From the NCBI RefSeq assembly GCF_009914755.1, contig NC_060928.1: a DNA stretch of 64,000 nt. One strand, 5' to 3'. This document shows positions 14,791 to 27,609 of this stretch, one piece after another (position 1 is the first letter of the stretch; each line of letters opens with the position of its first letter). The notes under the pieces are model-generated. The model was not told the origin of the DNA. It was given only the letters and a program-made list of their open reading frames with translations, and did no database searches. The translations under genes and the position numbers were made by a program. This DNA comes from the human T2T-CHM13v2.0 reference genome, Homo sapiens.

Positions 14791-17700
14791 TTAAGTCACC
14801 CAGCATGACTTCAAGCAAATAGCAATATAACTGACAAATGAAATGAGAAGAGGTGATCACATGAGCAGAAGTCAGAGTGTAGAACTGAATGGAATTGGCC
14901 TCAAAGGAGCATGTGTTGCCTAAGGAGGTGAAGGAGAAATATTGCCAACTATAAAATTTTAGCTTTTGTTTTCAGTACTCTGACTTTGAGGGAGTAACAG
15001 ATCACATTTACAAGTGGCATATTGCTATAGTTTAGACTGGCCACAGTATTCCCATAGAAATATCCCTCTACTCTGAGCCTCTAGCACAGCCAGTCATGAC
15101 TCATCAAATACATCAGATTTCCGTGCAATCAATCTATCATTAAAGTTTCTCTGAACTGAGGTTTTCCAATCACACTCAAACTTGTTTCTCATGACCATAT
15201 ACATCCCAGGTTCAGAATGGCTGGGACATAGGAAGCTGTGCCTAAAGTTTACCAATTCTCCAGCAAGCTATTGTCAAGCGTGCTATGTTATTACCTGTTC
15301 TGTATACATTTTAAGTAAACGCTAAATAAACTTGGTATGTGATGCATCTTTTGTCTAGTGAGTTTGGACATCATCCTGAGCCCAAGACTATTGCTACTAA
15401 TGGAGCCTAGTGGGTGTTGCAGCCATCAGTCACTGCATCAGTTATGGTGCTGTCAGGAGGCAGCAATACTGCCAATTATTTTTAAAAGAATTTAATATCA
15501 AGTATCATTAATTAGGCAGCAAGAATTGTTAACGGGGTAACTGAAAAGGCAAAACGAGAACACCGGATTTACCTCATGGAGGTAGCAACTGCAGAAAGAA
15601 GCTAAGACTCCTAGGGCTAAGGAAAGAAGGGTAAAGTTTGAAATTATTGAAATTTAGAAGTTTGCAGATGAGGTCCCACAGTATGAAAAGCAAACCTATG
15701 AAAAAGTAGACTTGTGTTGGTCTCTCTATGTATACAGGAATGGTCCTTTTTGTCTAAGACCTAGTCCAGTAGGGAGGAATGCTGGAAGGTTGGTCCTGGA
15801 ATCTCTGAGAGGATTTAATGAGGCTGCTTTTGTACGTGTTGGAAAAACAACAGAGTTCAACACTGCCCAAGGTTCCTTTCCAAATGCTTGACTCAGACCT
15901 TCATTCCTGAAGTATCTCAATCCTCAGTGGTTATACATTTTCTTGGTTGTAGTAGTTTCCCCTTAATTTTCACTTTTGGACATGAACATACTAAATGGTG
16001 TCCCAGAGAATCTCCTGAATTCCAGACAGTCCTCTGTGTTCCTCTTTGTTAGCAGCAACCCAATTTCCCCCTCGGTAATCAGGAACAATCCTGCTAACCA
16101 GTAGAGTAACTCTTATTTATTTTTGTTCAGTGACATGAGGAGATCAAAATGTCCTAATTCCTCCTTTATGAACCAAGACCTCCAAACTAGCATAACTCAA
16201 AGTTACAAAGACAGAAAGCAAAGATTCTGTGAGTGGGCTATTAGTTGTAATAATAAGAAGAGCCTTAATTTCTGTTCCCATGAATTCTGGCCCTGGGAAA
16301 GCTGGATGCATATGTTGCTCACTGATTGAAAGCATGTACTGCATCCTGTAAAACAGAACCTCATTCTTGCAGGGTATATACTCTCAACTGGTATCATAAA
16401 GTCTTCAGTGGTCATTACACTGTTTTATCAGATTAGATGATTCTCTGTGATGGGGTATGTGGTAAGAAGAATGAACTTCATATGCATGAGCTCATAATCA
16501 CATTCTTTTGCTGTGAAATCAGTTTCTTGATCAGAAAGATGTCATGATAAATAATTTTATTCACCAACAGCAGTGAGACTACACCAGCAACTTGAATTTC
16601 CTTAACAAAAGGCAATTGTTGCTTTAAGTATTGTTCCAGAAAATATCTAGTCAAGATCTTTTAAAGCCAGGTGTTAATTAAAATTTCTCTTGAATAACAG
16701 TTCTTATTTTGAAAAGAAATGTGCTGCCCCTGCTTTGGAAACTAATCCTTTGTTGACTATAAGTCATGCAGAAATTATTTTAATTTTGACAATGTTCATT
16801 CTTAAGTCCTTCATATCCAATGATCCATTATAACAACAAATCACACCTTGTACTTAAAACACTTGGCTGAAAATATACTGGGCATCAAAACAATTTACAA
16901 CACCAACCAAAAAGAGAAGTTGTTCATCTTTTTCACAAAATGAGCATGTTACTAGAGAAGGTAACAATTCAGGAAGTATTAGATATTAACTTAAAGGATT
17001 TCCTGAGTCATAGAAGGGTACAGAAAACAAAACTGTCTATAATGAGCATACTAAAAAAGGAGACAAGAGTTCTAATTGTCAACTTATCATCAACAAAGAC
17101 AGAGGCAAAGAAAACTAGGTAGTTTAAGATCAATTCCAACTTAATTCCCCATTCACTACCAAAAGCTTTTAAGTCACGTTTTAAATTTGAATATGTTTTA
17201 CCCCTTTACTAGAGATTCATCATACCCAGAATATTTTAAAAATTGCATGATGGAAGAAGGACATTCCCACTGAAAGGCTAACACTTACTAATAACGTGGG
17301 TCACAATTTTCTATGTCCTATTTATTTAATCCTCAGAACAATATCGAGAAGTAGACATATTACTATCTTATTTTGTAAATGACAGTGTTGAGACATAATT
17401 GGATTAAATAGCTGGTCATATAAAACACAGCTAATAGGAGGGGAGTTGACATTTCAGCTTAGGCCACCTGACTTGAATGCTACACACAATCACTAAACTA
17501 CCCTATAATGAAAGACTCTTACATTTTATTGGCTGCAGCTGACAGAAAACATATATTTTTACATAATAACCCAGTACACCCATATGTATAACCATATAAT
17601 ATATCCTGAAAAGTATTAATATATAATGCAATCTGATATTTACTTCTATTCTGCTCTATCCATCCTCTAAATTCTGTTTGCTACTCCCTAAATAGATTTC

Positions 17701-18697
17701 ATGTATTACTGATGAGTTGCATTCAAGTGTCAATGAGTGCTACTATTAAAAATATAGTAATTACTTCAGTGGTTCAAATAATTGGATTTGAGAGACAAAG
17801 CAGCGTAATGAAGGGAAAAGTTCAAGCTCTCAAATATGGCAAATTTAAGGTCAATTCCTTTCCCAGCTATTTTAGTGAATTTGAGCAACTTACGTGACTC
17901 CTCTCTAATTTATTATCTAATCAGTGATCTGATAATAATAACATAAATTGCAAGGGTTTGTTGTGAGCATGAGGAGAGCTAATCTACATAAAGTGATTAG
18001 CACATAGTCTAGGACATGGTAAGGATTCAACAAATTATGGCTATTAGAAAATAAAGCATAACATCTTCTAGCATATGGTAATTTCCTCTCAAATGAATAG
18101 ATTTTATTTCCTATGAGTAAATTTCTCAGTACCTGCCTTCATTTTGTACATAAAATTGTGTAATTTACTACATCCTTTTGCCATAAATTGAAAATAGATT
18201 GTGTAATACCTCCCATCTTTGGTAGACAAGTGTACATTGAATTTATCCATCTGATTTAGATAATGGGATAACACCACATACTTACAGAATACAACATATA
18301 TTGGAGAATTTATTATCCATTAAGCAGTCCAGATATTCATTATTAGCTTCAGAAAAATGTATTAAGTAATTTCTATATATTTAACATTTTAAGTAGCTCA
18401 AATGCATGTATACAGTATCTTTAAAATTACACATCTGGGAAATAAATATGAAATTGAAAATAAGAAACTAGAAGGATTCTATTTCCTAATTATCTCCCAC
18501 CACTAGATATCTTCTGTTATTTCCAAAATTAAGACAAAGAATTTATTTCAACTGCCTCCTTTTTCCATTCTTTAAATTCCTTCTTCCCAAATAAGCTTCT
18601 TCTCAAATAAACCAACTCTTACTATACATATATATATGTCAGTTCTGATACATATGTATAGACACATTAAAACTCCAGTATCTATAGCCTTTAACAA

Positions 18698-19257
18698 CAG
18701 TGGTTCCCAAACAAAGCTTCACTTTGCAATAACTTGGGGAGTTTTTTAATTCTTGTGTTCTTTTGCAGCAACGTGCATGCAGGTGGAAGCCATTATCCTA
18801 AGCAAACGAATTCAAGGAGAGAAAACCAAATACTGCAAGTTCTAATTTAGAAATGAGAGCTAAACATTGAGTATACGGGAACATACAGAAGGGAACAATA
18901 GACACCAGGGCCTACTTGATGGTGTAGAGCAGGAGGAGGGTGAGGATCAAAAAACTACCTGTTGAGTACTGTGCTCACTACCTGGGTGATGAAATAATTT
19001 ATACAACTAGCCCCAGAAACACACAAATTGCTCATGTAACAAACCTACACAGGTACCCCTGAACCTAAAATAAAAGTTGGAAGGAAAAAAACTAACATAA
19101 ATAAAATTAATAAAATTTTTAAAGCAAAATTAAATTACTTTGTCTGTCTTCTGCCCCATAACTTTTGATAAATTGTTCTGGGGTAAGGTCTGAGAAGTGG
19201 AATTTTTTAAAGCTTCCCAGATAGTTGTGATGTGCAGTCAAGTTTGAAAACCACTGT
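18698..19257. mobile_element. MER5-type DNA transposon split by an L1 3' fragment (about 18753-19095, +)
   Basis: cagtggttcccaaac ... gtttgaaaaccactg termini; L1 3'UTR in between. Confidence 0.65.
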
Positions 19258-19440
19258 ACTTGAGCATTCTGTGTGCTGCCCCAGGGCCTGCTAGGACAGT
19301 GATTGGATCACAGTTCTATAGATGAAGCTGCCAAACTGGCAACTGCAACTATTATTTCTTTGTTTCAGTAAAGAATATCAATACAGAACTTTACCCTCTC
19401 TCGACCTTTCTCTTAACTCCAATAAAAATCCAGACAGAGG

Positions 19441-19448
19441 TATTTAAG
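19441..19448 (+). promoter_or_regulatory. OPRPN: TATA-like box of OPRPN
   Basis: TATTTAAG preceded by cctttctctta..ccaa.a.aaatcca as in the SMR3B promoter. Confidence 0.65.
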
Positions 19449-19469
19449 AAGAAAGGCTTTTCTATCAAA

Positions 19470-19573
19470 GTTCTTTCTCTTCTTGGACTTTTAAATTGTG
19501 GCTACCTAAATTGAGTATCTGGCAAGAGTAAGATTAAGCAGTAATTTGTTCCAAAGAAGAATCTTCTACCAAG
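19470..19573 (+). other. OPRPN: OPRPN non-coding exon 1 (start approximate)
   Basis: Ends CCAAG|GTAGGT; homologous to SMR3B exon 1. Confidence 0.75.
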
Positions 19574-20818
19574 GTAGGTATATAGAAATATAAATGTAAG
19601 AATTTGCACTTCGGAATTCTAGCTTTTGCTCATATTCTCAAGAATATCATCCTCATGGCTTTTAATGGAAATAGCCTCGTTACCCAAAAATCTCAGATGT
19701 GTTTTTAAAAAAAAAATCATTGTCTGTGGTAAAATTGCTTAAAATTCCTGAAAAAATGTCAAGAACATTCATATTGATTAGTTGCACAATTTACATCCAA
19801 TTTCACAATCTATTGACTTTTTCCACTGCTGTATTTTATGGTCTCTAAAGTCAATCATGAGTAGAAGAGTCTTAAAAAGGTATATTAAGTTAGATTTGCA
19901 TTTTTGTTGTTCTTGTTTGAGTTAGGTTTCTTATGTATTGTCAAACTGCTTTCTAATATGAAAACATATAAGAAAAAAGCTATTTTAAGGGGGTAGACAC
20001 ACGCACCTACAACTATAGGATCTGTCAACCTGTCTTACATCACTTTCAAGGCTAATGCCAATGACAGATACCACATAAACCCCAAGACAATCTGTCAGCC
20101 TTTGTGCTTGAATTTTGCCTTCCCAGAACCCAGGGTGCCATGTGCTTCTTATATATTGTTGAAAATTATAAACAAATTAGGATAAAAACATCTTTTTTCT
20201 AATTCACACACTGATAGACAATAATTGACTTTTGGAATAACTTGGAAAAAAATCATATCAAAGTAATAATACTTCAGTAGAGTGATGTTAAAGGAAAAAT
20301 ACACATTACATGGTTTCTTTTGCTTCAGACAGATCTAATAACAATAACACAATAATTGTATTAAGAAGTTATTTTTTACAATAGTCGTGTCACGTTGACA
20401 ATATTTAGGTCACAAATCTATAGAAATCTGTAAGCTTTGACTAATTTTAAGTAAACATACTAAAAGTATACCCTAAGTAGTTATGTTCCAAAGTAGTCAC
20501 CACTAAAGGCAACAAGGAATTTCCAAAAATACTTTAATTTTAAAATGTACTTTCAACAATTATCTGAAAATTATCTTTCATAAAATAAAGTACCACCATT
20601 AAAAAAAAAATCACAAACATGACAGTATTGCTGTGCATCTATGCTGCTTCCTCTCCCCAAAATATCAAACACATCTTTAAAGGTTATGTTGGTCTTTCTT
20701 CATCATTTTACATAACAAGTGTTAAAATGTTTTAAAAAATTTTTTCTGAAAAACACTGTTGATCGATTTGGCTAACTGTGGATAATCTTTGGCCTGTTTG
20801 TAGGAGCAACTTTAAAGA

Positions 20819-20869
20819 ATGAAATTAACTTTCTTCTTGGGCCTGTTGGCTCTTATTTCATGTTTCACA
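20819..20869 (+). CDS. OPRPN: OPRPN exon 2 coding part (exon starts 20804): signal peptide MKLTFFLGLLALISCFT
   Basis: Acceptor gtttgtag ending 20803, ATG 20819, phase-0 donor GTAAGT at 20870. Confidence 0.95.
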
Positions 20870-23659
20870 GTAAGTTCCCTCAATTCTAAATTTACTTGTT
20901 ATATTTATTGTTAATCATGATTTCAAAGAAAGTTTTGATACCAAGAATTTTGTCCTGTATATAAAAATACAGTGTCAGGCTGTTGATAATTATGGACTTG
21001 CTCTTACTTTCCTTTTCCTTTCTCATTTATGACTAACCATCTAGTCAGCGGTTGCTAAGCATGAAGGGACAGTGGACTGCAGGAAGAGGACACAGGGCAG
21101 GTAGTATCTAGGAGAGCTAGCTCTTATCTAGAGATATCTCTTCCTTTTTATTTCTTTTTCAAAAGGACTACTATCAAATTGTCAGAAAAATATAATTTAA
21201 GCTTACTAAATGTTTAAAAGCTGTAGGGAATAAGAAAGCATACAGTTGGAGCTTCATGATAAATTTTCTAAAAAGACAACATGATATATCAATGCAAGGA
21301 TTGCTGATTGTACAATAGTTTTTTATTGAAAATATTTATAAAAACTAAAATCAGGAAGCCTTTCTGATGCCTGAAAATATATTCATTATGACTAAAATAT
21401 TCCTTTAACTGACTGGAAATTAAAGTGCTACTCACTTGGGAAAAAAATACAAACAGAAAAAGAAGTCATTTACTCAAGAAGCACTTACACTAATTCAAAC
21501 TTTTGAAAATCATTTGTTAAAGCTCTATAGGAGATCCAAAAATATATAATGCAAAGTAACAAGTGATAAGTGCCATAGCCAAAAACATCATAGCATGATA
21601 CGAATTTCAGAGTAAGATCAGTTTCCCTAGCATATGTTGGGGTTAGGTGGGCTTGCGAGGAGAGAAAGAGCCCTATTTATCTCATTTCTTAGTAATTACT
21701 GATAATCCACTGTGTGTTGGGCCTAGTGGTGGTTGATACAGAAATACCAAAGTCGAATTCCAAATTGGGATCTTCATAGATTAGGTCTTCTTTTCATAAT
21801 ATAGTATCTACCTAAGAGAAACTAGTGAGCAAATAAATATCAATAGACCCTAGCAATGATACTGTCAGATAAAGTAACGTTATTTTTCTGAAGCATTTTT
21901 TGATATTTAATGACATCTGTATTGTTCTGAAGCATATAGTGCTATGTAATAACATTTGTATAAAAAAATTATACTTCTGAGGTTGAAATAGAAGATTATT
22001 ATACTCCATGAGATACCTATATCAGAAACACCTGATCCACTTAATAAGAATGAACATTTCCAGACCTTATCCCAGACCTGAGAAAAAAAGAATAGCTGAT
22101 CTTGGGGCCTGGAAACCTGCATTCTAGGATACTCTTACTCAAGCTGAAATCTGAGACTCCTTGAGTAAATTTTCTTGAAATTTACTTCTCAAGCTATTAT
22201 GTTATAATTGCATGAAATATATAAAGAGAGCTTTCAAGGTAAATTCAACTTAAATCAATCCATCATATGAAAAAACCTAAGTCAATAATTAGAATTAATT
22301 ATCAAATTTATTACTCTGGAATAAACCACTTTTTTGGTAGAATTCCCCAAATATGACAAATATGACTTCTCTGTTAACATTAATAAACACTAATTCAGAC
22401 TTTATACAATAGATTAGAAGGTAAAGAAAGATCCATGATCAAGTAAACTTGAGAAATTTGGGGAAATGAAATAGAGGTTGTTGACTAGAATACTTCTCAG
22501 AGACAATAATAGAGGAAATGCTGTCTTTGATTCTCTATCTACAACCTTCTGTTTCATACTGAGGACAGACAACTTCTGAGGAGTCCTACATAAAGCATCT
22601 ACCTTGAGGATTCATATGAATTAATGGCATATTTTTATTCCAGAAGCCTGAATTGCAAGACAAATGTAACTTAAATTCTTTTCTACCTTGAAAGAGTATA
22701 GAATCCCATTTATATAAGAAGCAGAGGATTCCATGTCCTAAAAAAACATGAGTTTAATACATAAATTTTCTCATGTTAGAATTAAATATTATTGGATATA
22801 AGAAAACAAGAACCACAAGACATAATTTTAAGGTCACTCTAGCAAAAATTTCTTGCTGTATTCATTGTCTCATGAGAAGTTGGTAAATCTTAACAACAGT
22901 CTTAAGCATTAGTCTAAATAAAGAAACTTTATTGTACTTAGCATCTAGAACTTTCAATATATCAGAGATTATCTTTTATGAGATAGGGACTATCTAGGAT
23001 TTAAATTAAAAATAACAGTTCATATTTGTATATTTACAATGTACTCTGGAGCACAGTTTTACCCTCAAACCTCACAAAAACCCAGGAACTATTTGGGATG
23101 CTCCTTTACATAGCACAGAGCTGAACATGAGACAAACCCTCAATAAGTATTAGGGGAATGACACAACAAGTGAATGGGCCTTTGTGTAGTTGACGCCAAG
23201 TAATAACAAATAGGTTTCAGAGTCTTACCTGTTCATTCATGCCATTGGATAGGCTATATGAAGTATGACACAGGGATGGATAATAGGCCAAGTGTAAGCT
23301 CAAAGGTAAAGTATCTCATGATGGACAAGGATATCTGCCATGCTCACAAGATGAGTAACGACAGCATTTTTGCCAATACCTGCCATCCCTAACTTAGAGA
23401 AGACTTTGTTTGCAGCACAATCTGTCCACTAAACTGCTGTCAGCTGTCAGTTGGTTAAGCTGTCAGTCTGGCAGTTTCTAATCCTTAAGAATAGGAAATA
23501 GAAGTTTAAAAAAAGTAAAAAGTAAAATAAACTTAAAAACAGAACATAAATAAAATACTTTACAGAAAGGGCTATGATAAAATAATTGCCAAAAGCAAAG
23601 CAAAACCTTTAGCCTGAACTAAACCAACGATAAGCAGATATCAAATAACCGAAGACAGA

Positions 23660-23853
23660 CAGTGGTTCTCCAAACTCTACAAACTCTAGAAACTCTATCA
23701 GGAACACAAATCATCTAGGGATTTTGTAGAACTGCAGACTCTGATCCAGTAGGTCTGCCTGAGCCCCATAAGTCTACATTTCTAACAAGCCCTCAGGTGA
23801 TACTGGTGCTGATCTGTTGGTCAGCAAATAACATTTTGAGTAACAAGGCCCTG
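23660..23853. mobile_element. MER5A-like DNA transposon
   Basis: cagtggttctc...ctgatccagtaggtctg...ctacatttctaacaagccctcaggtgatactggtgctg...tttgagtaacaagg. Confidence 0.65.
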
Positions 23854-24019
23854 GTCAACTGAGAAATCAAACAGAGAAAGGCTGAGGACTTCTTACGGGT
23901 TTGTATAAATGCTCAAATGTTGTCACGGGAAAGGATTACGCTCCTTGCCATGTGCAAGGAAGGAAATGGCATTCTGAAATCAAGTAAGAGAAATTTCTGC
24001 TTATCACCAAATATGGGGA

Positions 24020-24510
24020 ATTCATTCAACCCAAAATACTTATTGAGCACTTATTGTTTGCCAGGCACTATTCTAGATGTTGGGTAAACAGCAGTGAACA
24101 AAACAGACAAAAAGTTTCTAACCTCATGGAGCTTATATTCTACTTGGGGAAGACAAGCCATAAACAAAATAACTGACTATGTAATGCAGAAAATTTGGGA
24201 AGAAGGAATTTTAGGAGGAGGTAGAACAAGGATGTGATTTTAGATAGGGTAGCCCAGTGGAAAATGGCATTTGATTAAAGACCTGAAGTGGGTGAAAAAG
24301 CCAACCATGCAAGCAGAGGAAACAGGGAGTTCCAAAGTCTGGAGTAGGGTACACTTGCCTAGTGTGAAGAATAAGGAGGCTAGCATGGCTGGTAGAGAGT
24401 GAGATGGGAAGAGAGGAGCAGGAGGTGATACTAGAGAGTTAGAGGAGGGTGAGGCTGCATCAGGTCTCATGGGCTTTTGCAGAGCCTTAGTTTTACTCTG
24501 AGTGACATGC
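24020..24510 (-). mobile_element. L2 fragment
   Basis: ttcattcaac..tattgagcac..tgccaggcactattctag..cagtgaacaaaacagacaaaa is the reverse complement of the L2 3' end. Confidence 0.7.
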
Positions 24511-24766
24511 AAAACTTTAGTACATGAAGTCAGTACAAAACCTCAGAAAGATGCCGTCTCTTCCCACACACTCTTGCTTTCCATCATCCATAATGATTTG
24601 GAGAAAAAAAATGAAACTTCTAAAATATCTGAATGGCATCCATAAATATTTACTTAAAGTCACCTACAGCTTAAGAAGGATACAAACACTGATAAACATG
24701 ACCTCTAACTTCAAGGGGTATATGACTGTCAGAGGATACAAGATAGATTGGTAATAATAGCCAGAG

Positions 24767-24969
24767 CAGGAGTTGACAAACTTTTCTGAAAAGGGCCAGA
24801 TAACAAATATTGTAGGCTTCTGTGGGCCTGTAATAAGTGGTCAACTTGGCTGAGGTAGCTTGAAGGCAGCTACAATAAACGAATGGGCATGGTTATGTTC
24901 CAGTAAAACTTTATTTACCAAAACAGGCAAACTACATTTGGCCCACAGCCTTAGTTTGCTAACTCCCAG
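24767..24969. mobile_element. MER58-like DNA transposon
   Basis: caggagttgacaaacttttctgaaaagggccagata...gttccagtaaaactttatttac...tagtttgctaactccc. Confidence 0.7.
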
Positions 24970-25359
24970 TCTACAGAGACAGTGAACAAGGCAATATGGC
25001 ATGTAAAAACCTGATATTTCATTTACAAAATAATCATAAAATTAACCCAACATTATTCATGAGTTTGCAAAAAATATTTATGTTTCATTGAAACATGTTT
25101 GCATGTTTGTGTGCATGCAAAATACTATGCTAAATTATTTGTCATTTTAATTATTTTTTCTAAAGAACATCATGTGATAGATACTATTACTTTCTCTCTT
25201 TTAAAGATAGGAAAAGTAACAGAGAGGTTACATAACTTACCCAAATTCACATAACTTGTGAATGGAGAAACAAAATTTTAACTTGCCTTGATCTATTTGC
25301 CTATCTTCTGCCTTTTCTTCTATTATCTGGGATGGACTAAAATCAACCCAATATATTCT

Positions 25360-26300
25360 AAGACCAACCCCTCAACTTGTACACTAGATCCCATCCTCTC
25401 CCCTAAGCAAGGAGATTCCTGCAATTATCCTGCAATTATCTACTCTAAATCTAAATATCAGCAATTTTTCCTTCTCTCTATTGATTGTTCCTACTAGCAC
25501 ATAAATATGAGGTAATATCATTTATATGTTTGTTTTCATACTCCACTGATCTTATGGCTCCCATCATGGTCCATTTGAAAAAGTTGCCTCTGTACATCTT
25601 CACTTCTTTTCCTGTTCTGTCTTAAGCCTACTCCAAGCAGACTTTGCCCACATCATTTGGATGAAACCACATTTGTCAAATTGTACTCAAAATGGCCAGG
25701 CGTAAGGGTCAGCTTTCAGTCCCCATGATAATTATGTCTAAATTGTATTTGACATGATCAGTCTCCTACTTAAAGAGTTTTTTCTTTTTCCTCAACTCCA
25801 CTCTCCTGATTTTTCTCCTACTTCAATGACGACTCCTTGTTGGTCTCCTTCTCCAGACACATCTCCTCTTCCTGATCTCTAAATGTCAGAGTCTCCCAGG
25901 ACACCATCTTCTTACCCTTTCTCCATCTATGAGCACAAATCCAGTTGCTCAAGCCAAAAAAAACTTGAAATCATCCTTGACTCTATCACCTCCCAGATCC
26001 ACTCCTTCAGCAAATATTGCCCACTCTGCCTTCAAAACATCATCTAAATCTTACCCTTTCTCACCACCCTCCTGCTACCATTCTAGGCCAAGCCATCATC
26101 ACTTCCTACCTGTGGCAACAATAACTGATCTCTCTGCTTTCACTATTGTCCCTGCAGTTTATTCTCCACACAACAACCAGAAAGATGTTTTTCCAAAGTA
26201 AATATTGCCATATCATTCCTTTGTTCAAAAGCTTCTAATGGTTTTCCATAAGACTTAGAAGGCGGGGATACAAAGTCCTTACCCCTACCTACAAGACCCT
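25360..26300 (+). mobile_element. Degenerate L2 fragments
   Basis: tgtacactagatcccatcctctc, cagttgctcaagccaaaaa..cttgaaatcatccttgactc and similar L2 motifs. Confidence 0.6.
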
Positions 26301-27307
26301 GCTTTGTCCTCCCCGCACCTTAACTCCAATATATCTATGTAACAAAATTGCATTTATGCTCTTTAAATGTTTTACAAATAAATAATAATAAATTTAAAAA
26401 TATCTGCCCTCATGGAACTCACACATTAAATCGTTTTTGATTATTTTAAACCATCAAATGTTAAAACTACAGAGAGAATATAATCAAATTTAAATATAGG
26501 TGGGCTGCATAATAATAATATTAAAGCTACCACTTATGGAGTGTTTAATATATGCCAAGAAGTATATTACAAAAGTACGCTGTTTAATCTCTCCAGAAAT
26601 CCAGTGTGACAATTATTATTATTATCCTCTCTTAACAAATAAGTAAAATGAAACTCAAAATAGCCAATTCTCTATTCTGTTTCAAATAAGCTTATCATTT
26701 GTGAAGGTAATCCCCCCAAATGTAGACTCCTTAAGAAGGCATTTTCATCATTTGTCTAGGGTTATAATGTTCACTACCATTGGCCAGTGGAGGAGGGAAA
26801 CTAGCTAGTGAAAAATTGTATTAAGAGAATAGGAAAAGATAAAAATAATAAGAATGGAGATCAGGGGTCAGCTATTTGCTGTAAGGTGTAATTTTTCACA
26901 TGATTTCTCCCCACCTCTGCTTAGGGTCCAGAGAGCAGCTCATTGAAGATCACTTTGAACTTAATTTCCATGACACTGTACCATCTGGGTTTCCTCCTGT
27001 CTCTGATTTTCCTTCACTGGCTGCTCACCTTTCTCTTATTGATACCCAAGTTTCTGTCTTCAGCCATTTCTTCTTCATTACTTTCTTACTTATTGCTTTG
27101 ACCCAACAGTGCTTTCCAAATCTATTTCTCCAGTTCTGAGATTTCAATCTGCATCTACAAACTTCCATGACTTTTCAAACTCAAAAGGATTAAAACTTAA
27201 TTAATTTTTTTCCTCTTGACACCTATATCTTCATTAATGTTAGCAGCCATGACTTAAGATCTCAATTTCATTTGAGTCCACATTCATTTATTCAAAAACA
27301 TTTACTA

Positions 27308-27609
<302 letters not shown>
